A DNA stretch of 63,315 nt, counting the filler, from Hyphochytrium catenoides (Eukaryota; Protista; Hyphochytriomycota): NCBI GenBank assembly GCA_900088475.1. It is 10 parts of 10 records of this genome, joined end to end, with 100 filler letters (N's around TTAATTAATTAA, not from the genome) between each part and the next. Parts side by side here need not be neighbours in the genome. Positions count along the whole stretch, not along the records: positions 2,204 to 17,851 come from FLMG01001978.1; positions 17,952 to 30,537 come from FLMG01002927.1; 8 more parts are not named here. One strand, written 5' to 3'. Positions 12,822 through 25,949 of this stretch are shown here, in pieces. The notes under the pieces are model-generated. The model did no database searches and was not told the DNA's origin. It saw nothing but the letters and a program-made list of their open reading frames with translations. The position numbers and the translations under genes are program-made. Within the stretch, counting starts at the first letter, position 1; each line of letters opens with the position of its first letter.

Positions 12822-13040
12822 CTTCCTCGACCGCGCGACGGTGCAGCTCTCTCTCTCTTTCTCTCTGATTCTCCTGTCTCTTCGCTCCGTTTGGGGCTCT
12901 TGCAGGTCGATAGTCCGCCTCCAGTGTCGGACGGAGAAGGGGAAGGAAAGCGGGAGAACGGCCACTGAAGAGAAAGAACCAGGAAGGAGTGAGCGAGGAG
13001 ACTAATGGGCTGAGGAGGAGTAGAAGTATAGAGAGGGCGA

Positions 13041-13074
<34 letters not shown>

Positions 13075-13314
13075 CTCAGCATGAACGTCGTTTCTTCCAC
13101 GCCAGTGGCTTGTCTCTTCATCCAGTGTCTCTCTGGTGGGTTGTCAATCTCTCTCATTATGCGTGTGTCTGTCTGTATCTCCTTCCACCCTCTCTCTCTC
13201 TCTTTCTCTCTCTCCCTCTCTCCCTCTCTCTCTCTCTCTTTTCCACTCAGCCCCTCTCTCTCAATCTTTCTTTCTCTGTCTCTCTCTCTGTCTCTCTCTT
13301 TCTCGTCTCTCTCG

Positions 13315-13357
<43 letters not shown>

Positions 13358-13657
13358 NNNNNNNNNNNNNNNNNNNNNNNNNNNNNNNNNACCAACCAGC
13401 AGAACGTTCTGTAGGAGCCATTATGCTGAGGTGACACCCGCTAACCGGTAGTTTCTTTAGGCTTTGTTTGGGAAAATGGTTAAAAGGGCTATCACTGGAA
13501 AAATGATATGAGATAACCGCTAGTTTCATAGATATGATAACTGAATAAATAACTGAACCGTCAGAGAGACAGAAAGAGTCAGAAAGCAGCCTTATTCTTC
13601 ATAGTTCACTCTGTCTCCCATTTCTCCCTCTCTTGTTTTTTCTCTCTCTCTCTCTTC

Positions 13658-13699
<42 letters not shown>

Positions 13700-13727
13700 N
13701 NNNNNNNNNNNNNNNNNNNNNNNNNNT

Positions 13728-14913
13728 GCGTGAGAAGAAGGAATGTGAAGTCCGCAATCTTCTGCGAGAGCGTCAGCGCCGCCATCGGGTTCTTCGACTC
13801 CACAGAGTAAAGGTTCGGCGACATCACAATCGCTGGAGTGGGGGAACATCCAAACATAGAAAACAGAACGAGAGAGAGAAACGGGAGGACAGAGGGAGCG
13901 AGAGCGAACGGAAACGGGAAAGAGATAGAGAGACAGACATAAGAGAGAGAGACAGAGAGAGAGAAATCGAGAGAGAACACAAGAGAGAGACGGGAGGGAG
14001 AGAGAGAGAAAGAGAAAAGAAAAGACAGAGAGAGAGAGAGAAAAAGCGAGAGAGAGAGTGACATGAAGTTAGCAAGTGGCGCCGCTGAGTTCTAGGATGA
14101 CAGAAAGAGTTGGGTCCTCACCCATGTTCCGGGCTGTCATCCTGTTCTCTTTCTCTCTGCGCACCACCTCTGCCATGAGGTCCAGCACCCAGAGAATGAG
14201 CGATTGATGCGGCTCAGGGATCGTGGAGAGACATTCCTCGATCACTGCCTCGCTCTGTGCAGATCGAGAGAAAGAGCGAGCGTCAGAGGGAGAGAGAGAG
14301 CGGAAGAGAGAGAGAGAGTGTGCGAGTGGGAAGCAGGTGATTGAGAAGGGAGAGAGAGAGACAGACAGAGAGACGGAGAGGAGAGAGACCGAGAGAGAGA
14401 GATAAGAGAATGTGAGAGAGCAAGGGTTAGAGAGACAGACAGAGAGACCGAGAGAAGAGAAAGAGAGAGAGAAAGGGCGAATAAAGTGAAAGGAGACAGA
14501 GTAGACGGAACAGAGAGGGAAGGAAGAAGGGGAGCAGGAGGAGAGAGATGGAAAGATCCTTCTGACCTTGACCTCACACACGCGATAGATCTCTTTCTCG
14601 GGAATGACACTGAAGATCTTCTCTGGCAGTTCCCTAAACCAAACCTTGGCCGTGAAGGGAGAGATGAGTTACGGAAGAACGTCTTTCTTCTCCGCCGGTC
14701 TGTTTCTCTTTCTCTTCCCTAGAGCATCTCTCTTTCTCTCTATGTGTTCATTCATTCAGAAGGCAGTCCCGATCTGTTGAGTCTTTCTCACTCTGTGCCT
14801 TGGACCAGAACATTCGGAGCTTCCACTCTGTATCTTTTGCTCTCTCTCTTTTTCTCTCCCTCTTTCTCTCTCTCTCTTTTTCTCTCTCTCTTCTTTTTTT
14901 TTCTCTCTCTCTT

Positions 14914-14960
<47 letters not shown>

Positions 14961-15415
14961 TTTTCTCTCTCTCTTTCTCTCTCTCTCTCATTTTCTCTCT
15001 CTTTCTCTCTCTCTCTTTCTCTCTCTCTCTTTCTCTCTCTCTCTTTCTCTCTCTCTCTTTCTCTCTCTCTCTTTCTTTTTCTCTTCCTTTTCCCTCTCTC
15101 TCTCTTCCCATCCCTCTCTCCCTTCCAAATCTCCCCTCTCTCTCCCTGACTGTCTCTCCAGCGTCCCACCTTGATAAGGCTGGCAATGACATTCACATCA
15201 CAGGCCGCGTCAAAGGTTCCACTGTTTATCTTCTGCTTCTCGCTCTCGCACAGCTCGCGATCCGGCGCCACTCTGAAGATTCCCTCGCTCTCATAGCCGC
15301 GCTGCTGCACCAGCGACTGACGCAGCATCTCCAGCACCGCAGGGATCCGCTCCCGATATCCTGGGATCCGGCGCCGAGGGATGTCGCTGAGGCGGATGCC
15401 GAACTGAAAAGAGAG

Positions 15416-15458
<43 letters not shown>

Positions 15459-16350
15459 CGAGAGAGGGGAAGACAGAAGCAGACAGAGAGAGACAGAGAG
15501 AGAACACAGAGACAGAGGGAATGAGAGAAAAGAGAGAGTGAGTGAGAGGAAAAAGAGTAAGAGAAGAGAGTGAGAGCGAGAGAGATAAAGGGTGAGAGAG
15601 CGAGTGATTGAGAGAGGGAGAGAGAGAGAGCAGAGAGCGAGGTCACAGAGAGTGAGAGAGAAGCAGAGGATAAAGCAACATCAACCTAATCGACCCACCG
15701 AAAGATTCTTATTCCGTATAAAAGAAGAAAGGTAAAGAAGACTCGACGTAAACCGACAGAGAAGAAGGAGAGAGAGAAAGAGAAAAGAGAGAGAGGAATA
15801 GTGGCCTGACCTGCTGATTGAGTTGGCTCCAGTTCTCTGGGAGGCCCTGGTAGCGCGCATGTTCCTCATCGAAGGTCACGTGGACCTGCTGCCGCGTCTG
15901 GAAGGGCAGACTGATGGTCGCTCCTCTCCCCTCACCGCCCTTCCCACTCTTTGACGCTGGTCGAGAGACGGGAACCGCACTGTGGCACCGAGACAAGCTT
16001 GTCTCTCTCTCTCTTGCTCTTTCAGATTTCTCTCGGTGTGGCTCTTGGTTGGGCTTATGCTCAGGCTCCAGAACTTGCGCCAGGAAAGAGAGGAGAGAGA
16101 GCCGTAGAGAACCGGAGGTTCAAGAGAGAGAAGGAGAGAGAGAGAGACGGGAGCCATAAAGACGAGAAAGAGAGAAGTGGAAGGCCACAGCGATAATGCA
16201 GGTCGATGAATGAACATGGACGATGGAAAGCGCGACCCAGAGAGAGAGAGAGAGAAAAAGAGAGACAAGAAGAGGGACAAGAGGCAGTGGTGGGGGAAAG
16301 GAAAGGAGAGGAGAGCAGAGGAATGTTTCGGGGAAGGGAACAGGAGGAAA

Positions 16351-16397
<47 letters not shown>

Positions 16398-16756
16398 TAG
16401 ACAGCGTATTGGTAGTACCTTTCGAGACGCGTGAGGACGGAGAATGCAATGATACAGACGAGGGAGGAAGCACTCCGCAGGAGACAGAGCGGCGGATCGA
16501 GCGGCTCTTCGCTGCTGGAGTGCGTCCGGGCGCTGCCCTCGCCTCTCTCTCCCCTAGTTCTTGTTCAGCGCAAGCTTGTCTTGCAGCTTCCAACAGCAGC
16601 CGAGCGTGGCTCTGCTTGATCTGAGAGGCAGGAGAGACAGGAAGGAAAGGAGAGGAAGAAGGAAGGAATATGTGTGTGAGAGAGAGAGAGGAACTTGTGT
16701 GTGTATGGCAAGTGATAGAGGAAGAGAGAGAGAGAGAGACACACACACACACAGAA

Positions 16757-16795
<39 letters not shown>

Positions 16796-17506
16796 GAGCG
16801 AGAGAGCGAGCGAGCGAGAGAGAGAGAGAGAGAGAGAGAGAAGGGGGCGATGGAACTTGAAGGGAAGGAGTCAACGCCACTGTTCTGGGTATGGAAAAGG
16901 GAGAAAGAGCTTCTGTCAGCAGGAGAATCAGGGCGAAGAAGGCACTGACCCCAAAGACGGAGAGCTCCTCTGCCGTCAATCGCTGCAGTGCTTGTACACT
17001 TGCCACCCCGTGCCGTGTGAAGGTGCTGCCGTACTGCGGTGGAGAGAGAAAGACGGTGAGGATAGAGTAGGGCAGATAGTCAGATTGAGAGAGGAGAAAT
17101 GAAGAGCGTGTGAGGGGACAAAATAGCAAAAGAAAAAAGGGAGATAGATAGATAGATAATCGAGAGAGAGAGAGAGAGAGGAAGAGAGAGAGATGGAAGG
17201 AAGAGAGAGAGAGAGAGAGAACACCATTTTAGACAGAGTATTTGAAGGAAGAGGGAAGGACGGGTAGAGTAGAGGTGAAGAGAGGAGAGAAGAAGTGAAG
17301 AGATGGAGAAGAGTGGCAGGCACAGAGTTAAGACCACACAGAAGAAATAAAGCTAAAGAGGAGAAGGAGAGAGAAAAGAGCAATACAGAGAAAAAGACGT
17401 CGTCCACGTGCCTTCTCCAGACCGAGAGACTTCAAAAACTTCTTAAACGGGCGGTGAGGCAGGTGTGGCCCTTGATAGCGAAGAGGCTCACGCACCGGGG
17501 AGCAGG
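13728..17506 (-). CDS. RhoGAP with N-terminal SAM and CRIB/PBD domains (5' end and stop not resolved)
   Basis: SAM: FLKSLGLEK|YGSTFTRHGVASVQALQRLTAEELSVFG|IKQSHARLLL. CRIB: ISLPFQTRQQVHVTFDEEHARYQGLPENW. RhoGAP: IPAVL...EGIFRVAP (arginine finger)...DVNVIASLIK|VWFRELP...ENRMTARNM|AIVMSPNL. Last exon runs into an N gap. Confidence 0.9.
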
Positions 17507-18089
17507 CTGAAGGGGAGAGAGAGTCACATAAGACAGACAACGAACAAGCTCAAACGTTAGAGATGATTTAGAAGTCAGAAAGATTAAGCGGGAGAAAGAG
17601 AGAGAGAGAGAAAGAGAGAGAGAGAGGCGGGCGGGAAGTGAAAAGATCCCGGAGGAATCAGCAGAAAGGGACAGGAAAGAGTGGTCGAAACTCTGTCCAA
17701 GGAGCAAGAACAATTCATTTAGTACCACGCTGACTTGTAAAGGTATACACGCAAAATGCGCGGCGGTGTCTCTCTCTCTCTCTTCCTTCCCACTCCTCGC
17801 TCTCTGTCTCTCTTTCTTTCTTTCTCTCTCTCTCCTCTCTCTCTCTCTCTCNNNNNNNNNNNNNNNNNNNNNNNNNNNNNNNNNNNNNNNNNNNNTTAAT
17901 TAATTAANNNNNNNNNNNNNNNNNNNNNNNNNNNNNNNNNNNNNNNNNNNNTCGCCCTCACTCTCCTCTCTCTGGCTCTCTCTCACTCTCTCTGGCTCTC
18001 ACTCTCTCGCTGGTCGCGGTCTCCATCTCCCTACCCTACCTCGGCAATGTGTCTCTCTGAGCTACCTAGCTCTGCTCTTCTTCACTTAC

Positions 18090-19095
18090 CTTAGCACTCT
18101 CTGGGCACTCCCAACAGGCACGATCATGGTTTTCAACGCGCTAATGCTGCTGTTCAAGAGCTCCTTGACCTCATAAAAGGTCAAGCTCACATCTCCTGCA
18201 GACAGAGCAAGCAGCTCTGGCCCATCTAAATATTCAAAGGCTAGGATGGGACTCCGTCGCAGAAGAGTGTCCGTGACTGCCTTTGCAGCCTCCTGATAAC
18301 TGTCTGGAGGAGAGAACTCTCGGACAAGCTGCATTCCCACTTTCCCTTGGCCTCCTTCTCTCTTCTCTCCTGTTTCCCTCCCGGCGAAATCAAGCCGGAC
18401 AGTGTTATGCGGGTCAAAGATCTGCATTTCTGGAGATTCCTCGGAGAGAGAGAAGAGCTTTCTCAGCTGAGGAATGTACCGAACCCGAGATGGCCTTTTG
18501 CTGCTGACATCGAGGAAACATTCACTCTCTGCGTAGAGAAGATCTAGGGCTCTTCCTTCTTTCTGGTCCGCTGCCTGTCCTGCCTCTACAACGAACTGGG
18601 TGAACTCTTCCCAAGCCAGGGTCTCGTCTCCGTTGATGTCAATCTGCTCAAAAAGCTCTATCAGATCGGTGATGAGCTCTATGGAGTCCTCTGTCAATCT
18701 CTCCTCTTTCTCTTCACTGCTTTCCTCTCTCTTTCTCTCTCCGCCACCATTTCGAGCTGCTGCATTGGGAGGCTTGTCTCTCTCAGGGGAAGAATGAGAG
18801 AAGGCGGGTGATCCGCGCCGAATGCAGTTATATAGCGCAGAGACAAAGTCGATGAGGCCCAGCCTATCACCGCGATCTGAGAGAGAAAGAAGGCAGTGAG
18901 AGGATTGGTAGTGGCCACCAGAAGGAGAAGAAGCAGCGTAAGAGGAAGGCCGAGGCATTACGACGAGAAAAGCGGAGAGGAACCAGGAAGAGAGGAATTA
19001 AAAGGACATGGAAGGAGAGAGAAGAGAGACAGAGAGAGAGAAAAAGAGAGAGAGAAGGACAGAGAGAGAAAAAGAGAGGAGAGACAGGGACAGAG

Positions 19096-19132
<37 letters not shown>

Positions 19133-19133
19133 A

Positions 19134-19175
<42 letters not shown>

Positions 19176-19361
19176 TAAGAGAGGAATAGAGAGGAGAGGC
19201 AGAAAGAAGGGCGGCAGGAGAGGGGAGAGAGAGAGAGGAGAACATGACATTGCCTGACCTTTAAACTCTTGTCGGAGTCCGCCCAGCCTATCCTGAGGGA
19301 TCCGCATCATGATGCGAACGCAGGCATTGTCGTTGCTTCCATCCACCCGCTCAACGTCCAT
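18090..19361 (-). CDS. EF-hand protein with probable downstream WD40 repeats (EFCAB8/WDR49/WDR64-like architecture), 3' truncated by contig end
   Basis: Exon 1 from ATG 19361 (...LRQEFK|GTCAGG). Exon 2 approx. 18877-18090 with EF-hand LIELFEQIDINGDETLAWEEFTQFV and WD-like LLALSAGDVSLTFYE; donor GTAAGT at 18089. Confidence 0.65.
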
Positions 19362-19820
19362 CTTTGCTTATATCTTAGCGGTACGGTACCCCTCACTTCT
19401 CTCTCTCTCTCTCTCTCGCTGGCGCTCTCTTTCTTTTCACCAGGTAGGGTGAGTGGACAAGGAAAACACTCTGAAGTGTGTCCTCTCTCCGTTTCTGTTT
19501 TTTTTCCCCCTCTGACTTGTTCTGGCTGTCGACCACGGAGCTCCCTGATGGGGCAGAGGGCGCTACCTGTGCGCCAGTTCAGGGCATTGGCCTAAGGATG
19601 TTCAGAGATTGATGTGTCTACGAAAGAGATAAAGAGACGAGAGAAAAGAGAGGCAGCGAGAGAAAGAAGGGAAGGTCAAGAAGGACAAAGGATGACCAAG
19701 GCTGAGACGGCGGCATCTCCTAAGTTCAAGGAGGAGAATCTGAAAGTCAGAGGCCGGAGATCCACTGTTTAGGACTCAGAGCAAAGAGAGCAGAAGTGCT
19801 AGAGGAAGAGAGGATTGGAC

Positions 19821-19856
<36 letters not shown>

Positions 19857-20231
19857 GAGAGAGAAGCCGAAAGGTTTTTCCCTGGGCATAGTGCGCCGCA
19901 CTACCTACGGGAGAGGAGACATGACCACATTACTAGACTTGTTGGATAAGATATTCAACATTTTCCTCAGGCAATGGCAAGAGGAAGAGACAGCGAGACA
20001 GGGAAAGAGATGGAGGGAGAAAGAAAGGGGGAGAAAATAAGGAAACAGAAGAAAGAAGAGAAAGGAAGAGGAAACCAGATGGGAGAGAGAGAGAAGGGGT
20101 AGCTGATGAAACCAATGACTCTGTGTAAGAGACTGTGTAAGAGGGAGCGGAGCTCGTTGGAGAAGGCTTGCCTTCCAATAGGCAACCTTCTCATGAAAGA
20201 GCAGCGAAGAAAAAGGACTAAAAGTGGACCA

Positions 20232-20291
<60 letters not shown>

Positions 20292-21259
20292 TGAGAGAGA
20301 CCGAGAGAGAGAGAGAGGGAGAATGAGAGAGCGAGAACGAGAGAGAGAGAGACAGAGAGAGAGACAGAGAGACACAAAGACAGAGACAGAGAGAGAGAGA
20401 GTGAGATAACATCACGAAAGTCAGAACATAGCTGCCTCCTGCATTTCATCCTTCGCCTTGTTGAAACGGACAGCAGAAGCCGCTAACCGCTATCGGATTC
20501 CCTGCTGACAGATTGGGTTGGACCTTCAGCGTCGGATGAGCTTCGGTGCTCGGATGACGAGCCACAGACCCTGGGCCAGGCGCGGGCAGGCTCTGGCAGA
20601 GCTCTGCGCGTGGCTGCTGGCCCTTCACCACGGCCTGAAGGCTGTGCTTCTGTCCATCTTTTATACCTCAACCTACCGCCAACTGCTACCTTGAACACCT
20701 CCCTGGAATTAGAGGGCATGAGGGCAGCAACTCGAGCAAGGAGGTCTGACGTTGTCATGAGGGAACCGTTAAATCCGGCGTACTCTATTCTATCATTCAT
20801 ACCCCATCATGTTCTCTCCTTTTGTGCATGTTGGCCTAGTTTAGATGGCTGGTAGTGGGAAGACAAGGGTCCGGTATGGCGCAGTGCTTTGTTACGTGTG
20901 AAGGGGTGAGAAGTATGTCCTAGAACTGTTTGCGCTAAAGGTGAACGACTGAGCTCAAGCCTTTCTTGGAGTCTATCTCTGGGCTCTGTGCCACTCTTAC
21001 TCCTCTATCCAAACCCCTGGGAACCAATAGAGCCATAGCCTTTCCCTTGGTACCCCCTAACGCTGCTCTGCCCAGAAGAGTTTGGCTAATAAAGCTTGGA
21101 AGATGAAGCTACCCTATCTGCCAAAATGAGGATACTGGGGCAATGTTTCCCTTCTATATAACCACAACCCTTCCTCCAGACAGTGTAATTCCTTCCCTAC
21201 ACCTTGGTGCCTTTCTCTACCTCTCTGCATAAGATTGCCTTCTCCTTTCCGTTCTGGAC

Positions 21260-24200
21260 TCAGTTTACCAAGGCAGATACGGGGCAACCTAGCTCGTCAG
21301 ACTCTATTGCCGTTTTCAGTAGCTTCCGGTACAAGGCCCTAGAAGAACACGCGCAAGTCAGCCTTGCCCTTGTCCTTCAAGAAGTGACATCGATGAAGCG
21401 AAGGACTCAACTCCTATGTGCTTGAGCTAACACAATGTCCATACATGGCGTAGAAGAGAAACCAGCATCGACACAGACGGCCCTCCAGCGGCGCTGTCAA
21501 GGAAGTATAACCAACGGCAGGACGTAGGAAGTTGGTCACACTGGATTAGAGACGTACCAGATGCCTACGAGGCCATCTCTATCCTTCTTGGACGTTGCAC
21601 ACTTTATTATGTCCTCCATCGCCTTTCCTTGAGCTAGAAGAGACTCAGCCAACTCTTCTCCTTTCGAGTTGAGCAACGAGTTCTCGAGAATCAAGACTGA
21701 TGAAGGCAGAGCACTGCAAAAGATCTGCAGAAGTCGGAGTAGACGTAGACGAGAGGCAGCGACAAGCCGGCATCGTGCGTGGCGTCCGTTGGGATCCAGG
21801 GAGATGGAAAGCTGTACAAAGGTAAGCAAGGTGATAAGCGTTACGCCAAAGAGAGTGATCATCAGTTAGAGTGATCATCAGTTCCATCGAGACAGAGCTG
21901 ACACCTCGGGGCAAGGAAATGAAGAAGAACAGATACGCGGTGGAGACAGAGAAGATAGATAGGTAAGATTTAACGAGGCAGAAAGTCGAGAAAGTGGGTC
22001 AAAAGGAATGCATCATGAAAGTAGAAGTAGAGACTCGAATGCCGCTTCAATCAACCTGACGGCTTGGAATGACTTGAAGATAGGACGGGAGCTGGTGCAA
22101 GATCCGGCCGGGGGAGACCAAGAGTAGATCCATGACGCAAACTAGCAAGGAGAACGAGGTGATGAATAAAGATGACCAAGAAGAGAGAAAGCGTAGAGAC
22201 AAGTAAGCCAATAGCCAAGAGCGGGAAGAAAAGACCAGGGGTAGGACGGACTATTAGATTGTCCCCGAAGGGACCGGTATGTCCGAGTCTATGGTATCGA
22301 ACAGAAGAGGGAGACGAACTACCAGGGCCTACCATCAGTCACTGTGCCTGTCTCTTCCTTCGTCTGTACCAAGCACCTTGGAGATCCCAGCAAAGCGGTT
22401 GGATCGACCACTTCTCCTCCAAGATCCTCTGCGCAGCAGCTGGTAAGCAGACTCCGATCTCCTCCCACTTCTGTTCGCTCTACCACGTAAGAGGCAATAA
22501 GATTCAGGTTTAGGCGCCACGTAAACGTCGGTACTGCGACGCTCAATGCCATTGTTGTTTTGTCTCCTGGCTGCAAGAGAGGACAAAGACTGCTTCTACT
22601 TCTCGTTAAAAGACCATTCAAAGCCCCGCAGATGGAAATCTGCGAGATGACACCACTGAGCAGCTTCTTAGTAACCGGCCAAACTACGGCCGATAGATGA
22701 GACTAGGCAGAGTCGAAAGATAGAACCGGAAGAGCAGAGGTGTGCCCTTTGCCATTTGCCTACCTTGACTTGTTCTCTAGCTCGACAATGACTTTAAGAG
22801 TATCCATGTCTGGCATCTCAAGGCTGATAATGGAAGAGAGAAGCCGCTTCCGAGAGGGTATTGTTTCCTCTTCAGTCATCGCTTCGCCAATGAGTGGAAC
22901 AAACCGTGATGGGTGCAGCGTTGAAGAGAGAATCTTTCCGTCTTGGCCCTTCTCTTTTTCTTCTCCTTTCAGACTGGTTTCCGAGCGTTCAGCTAGAAAA
23001 CAGAGATCTTGAATCATAGCGAGCTTGACTTCGTTCTGTTATACCTTAGGATTAGCTGGGCCAAATCTGTGGGAGCTAAAGGTAAAGGAGTGTTCACCCG
23101 CCTTACCTCCTCTCTCTGCCGGCTCAGGTCCTCCAAGCCTGCTTTTCTCCGAGCAAGAAGAGAGCGGTAAACAGTCTGCAGCTAGCGATAATCCTTGAGA
23201 TTAAGAAGGCCAAGGGATGACAGGTTTAACTGTCTTCACCTGTGTATTATCCGCTTCCTCGGCTGCTCGGGCACCAGAGGGTGGTGTAGGAGGAGCACCT
23301 GGAGGGGATACAGTTGCGCAGGATGGAAGGCGTCCTTTTAGACCGAGACAAACCGCAGAAAGAGGAGAGCGAGCCCATGGTAACTCCAGGGCATTTGATG
23401 AAGCAGGGCAAGGGAGAAATAGGGGCGCTGGGCGCCAAACTCTACCAAGCCATCTCCTACTCTTGGACCAAACCTTGTCTTTTCTTTTTCAAGCGGCTCT
23501 TTCCGCCGTCAGCCCCTTCAGCCTAAGGACGTTTAGCTCATGAGCCGAGCACGACGATAATAAGCAGCATACAGACATATGCAGACTGGGAGGGATGAGG
23601 ATGACACTCCACTACAAAGCAGCTTCTTAGAGAAAGAAAGAGTAACGAAGAATGGCCTAGCCCAGAGTCATCTCTTGTCCCTACCTCCACGCAATAGAGC
23701 TGGAGGCGAAAATGAAGACAGAAAACCACCACGTGTGAGAGGTGTTTACCTGGCTGCTAGAGGTCCTGGAAACCCCATTTAAGCTACTAGAGTCTAAGCT
23801 GACGACCTCCTTTCCCAGTAGAAGGGAAAAGGAGAATGCTTTCATTAGATGCTGAGGGGATCTTCCCCTGTGGCTCTCTCTAGATAACAGAAAGAGCACC
23901 TGCTCTTCTCCTTTGTCCAAGAAATCACCCTTAGATACTGCTACTACACCACCTATCTCTAAAGCAGAATGCCGATGAGTGTGGCTTGATAATGAAGCAG
24001 AGAGGATTGACTATTGATCGGAGAATAGAGGGAAAATAGGACGCTAGGAATAGAGACAGGGGGTGGAGCAAAGAGAAGAGCGAGAACAGGGGCAGCGAGG
24101 ACTACAGGGACAAGCTAGCGAGAAAGAGAAAGGAAGTTCTGAACCTGCTATGAGTTGCCATTGCAAGTGATCTCTTAGTACCACCTGACACGTCCCATCC

Positions 24201-25949
24201 TCACAAAGGGACAGAAGAGAGCTACGATCCCATCGCTGATGGACCTCCAAGCTAAGGAAGAGAATGACCGTTTAGAGAGAAGCTCTAAGGATGGCTAATG
24301 GACAAGCTGGATAGGAGGAAGAGCAATTCATTGCTGATATACCAGAGAGAAGGAGGTGCAGGGAGCTTCCAGGTAGCTACCGGCTGTCCTTCATTATACT
24401 CTGTAAGCTCCAACTGATGGCTTCCTACCACGAAAGAGGGGCCCCTGTCTGCTCTCCCCATGATTATAGGCTCGTGCGATGGCGAAAAGGCATCAAAGTC
24501 TGGAGATAAAGAGAACCAGAGCGAGAACTGTGTGTCTCTTGAAGAAGGAAGGCTACCGACCAGACATAGAGGGGTAGAGAAACGCCGTACCTGAAGCCTT
24601 AAAGAGCCTGACGATGCACCGATTCTGGTCCTTCCGTCTGGACGGGAGATAAGGATAAGGAACGAGCTCAATTCTCTCTTCCAGCGGTTCACTTAATCTC
24701 CTGTCTTTGTTGGAGAACAATGGAAGAAGAACCCACATCGTTCTGACAAGTTTGTCACTTTGGGCCTTGGAGCTTGGTTTGATTGGCTTGCGTGAGACGT
24801 GAAGAAGGAAGTAAGAACCAGACGCCAAGGAAGGAGATGCTGGTGCAGAGTCATCCAACAGCACTTCTGCGTTAACCGCGTAGCTTGAGTCCTCTTTTCC
24901 TATTCCGTCCGAAAACGCCTTCTCAAGGGCTGCCTTGCGTACGACCCATTCGTCTATCACTCTATCTGCCGCTTCTCTTCTCTCAATTACTGAGAATTCC
25001 GTCTTTGACACCTGCGTGACCCTAGGGCCAGCGTGGACGGAAGTATTGAGGACTAGAGAACATGCTGTCAGCGGAGAAAAGCCCCTAGGACATCAGAGCA
25101 ACTCCAAAGGAGACAAAAGAGAAGCACGCTAGGCAGCAGGGGAACAGGCAAAGCCGTATAGTAAGAGCGTCAAGTACCGACGAAGAAGTGACCTAGGAGC
25201 CAGAAGAAACGGGGTGCGAGAGAGAGAGCTAGCGGGCAAGAGGCAGGAAACACATGAGAAGAGCAAAAGGAGCGAGTAGCGCTGACCACCTGAAGCTACC
25301 GGAGTCCAGCTACCAAGCTCGACCAACGTTCCGCTGTCGGTATCCACGATGTATAAGACGTGCAAGGCGTTCCCTTCTGACGCTACCAGGAAGAGCTTCG
25401 AGCTATCATTGACATAAGACTGAGCGAGACAAGTAACAGCTGAACGCCAGATAAGCCACTTACAGGCCATCGAGCTCGTCCATAGCCCAAGAGAGAGAGA
25501 GGAAGTCCAATTGCTCCAAAGATCTCTGGCTATGCTCTAAAGAAGACAGACCAACTTAGAGAAAGAGCCGTGTAGGTTAGAAAAGCGTCGGTGTTACAAT
25601 TCTCACCTTCAAGAGAGAGCTTAACTGTTTCTGATGAAAGCTCTAGAGCTCTTTTATCCAGATTAAAGCTCAACAGGGCAGAAGAGACATGACCTGCAGA
25701 TTCTTCTGCTTGCTCTACTCGTAAGACATTATCCAAGGTGGCAGCATGAGACGCAGTCAGTCTCCAAGTTTATGAGGACAGAGCATATGACGTACTTGGA
25801 GTCCAGCGAGTGATACAATGGAAGCCCGTAGGGACGCTAGCCACCAGAAGGGTCCTGCCAACTCCTCGGTCGCCTTGAGAATCCTTGATGGGCCTCTTGC
25901 GCTTCTTCCCTTTGGTGGGTTTAGCGGTGGTCTCTGACGCTGTCCTCAT
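21260..25949 (-). CDS. FANCB: Fanconi anaemia group B (FANCB)-like protein, multi-exon with short introns
   Basis: Spliced product has a beta-propeller-like N-terminus, then EYNEGQPVATWKLP...GTCQVV...EIGGVVAVSKGDFLDKGEEQVLFLL, matching the FANCB 'DDFxGxGxEQVLLL' signature as recalled. A coiled-coil-like segment follows (EVKLAMIQDL), and the C-terminus ALYRKLLKTAIESDE resembles the FANCB end. Start codon uncertain. Confidence 0.72.

Noticed and set aside
14744-15646. Long (SL)n and (ER)n ORFs here and throughout the track
   Set aside because: Stop-free translations of intronic (CT/GA)n microsatellites; the real exons are embedded and bounded by splice sites.
20446-20855. Short ORFs between the EF-hand gene and FANCB
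   Set aside because: No recognisable motif and no consistent splice model.
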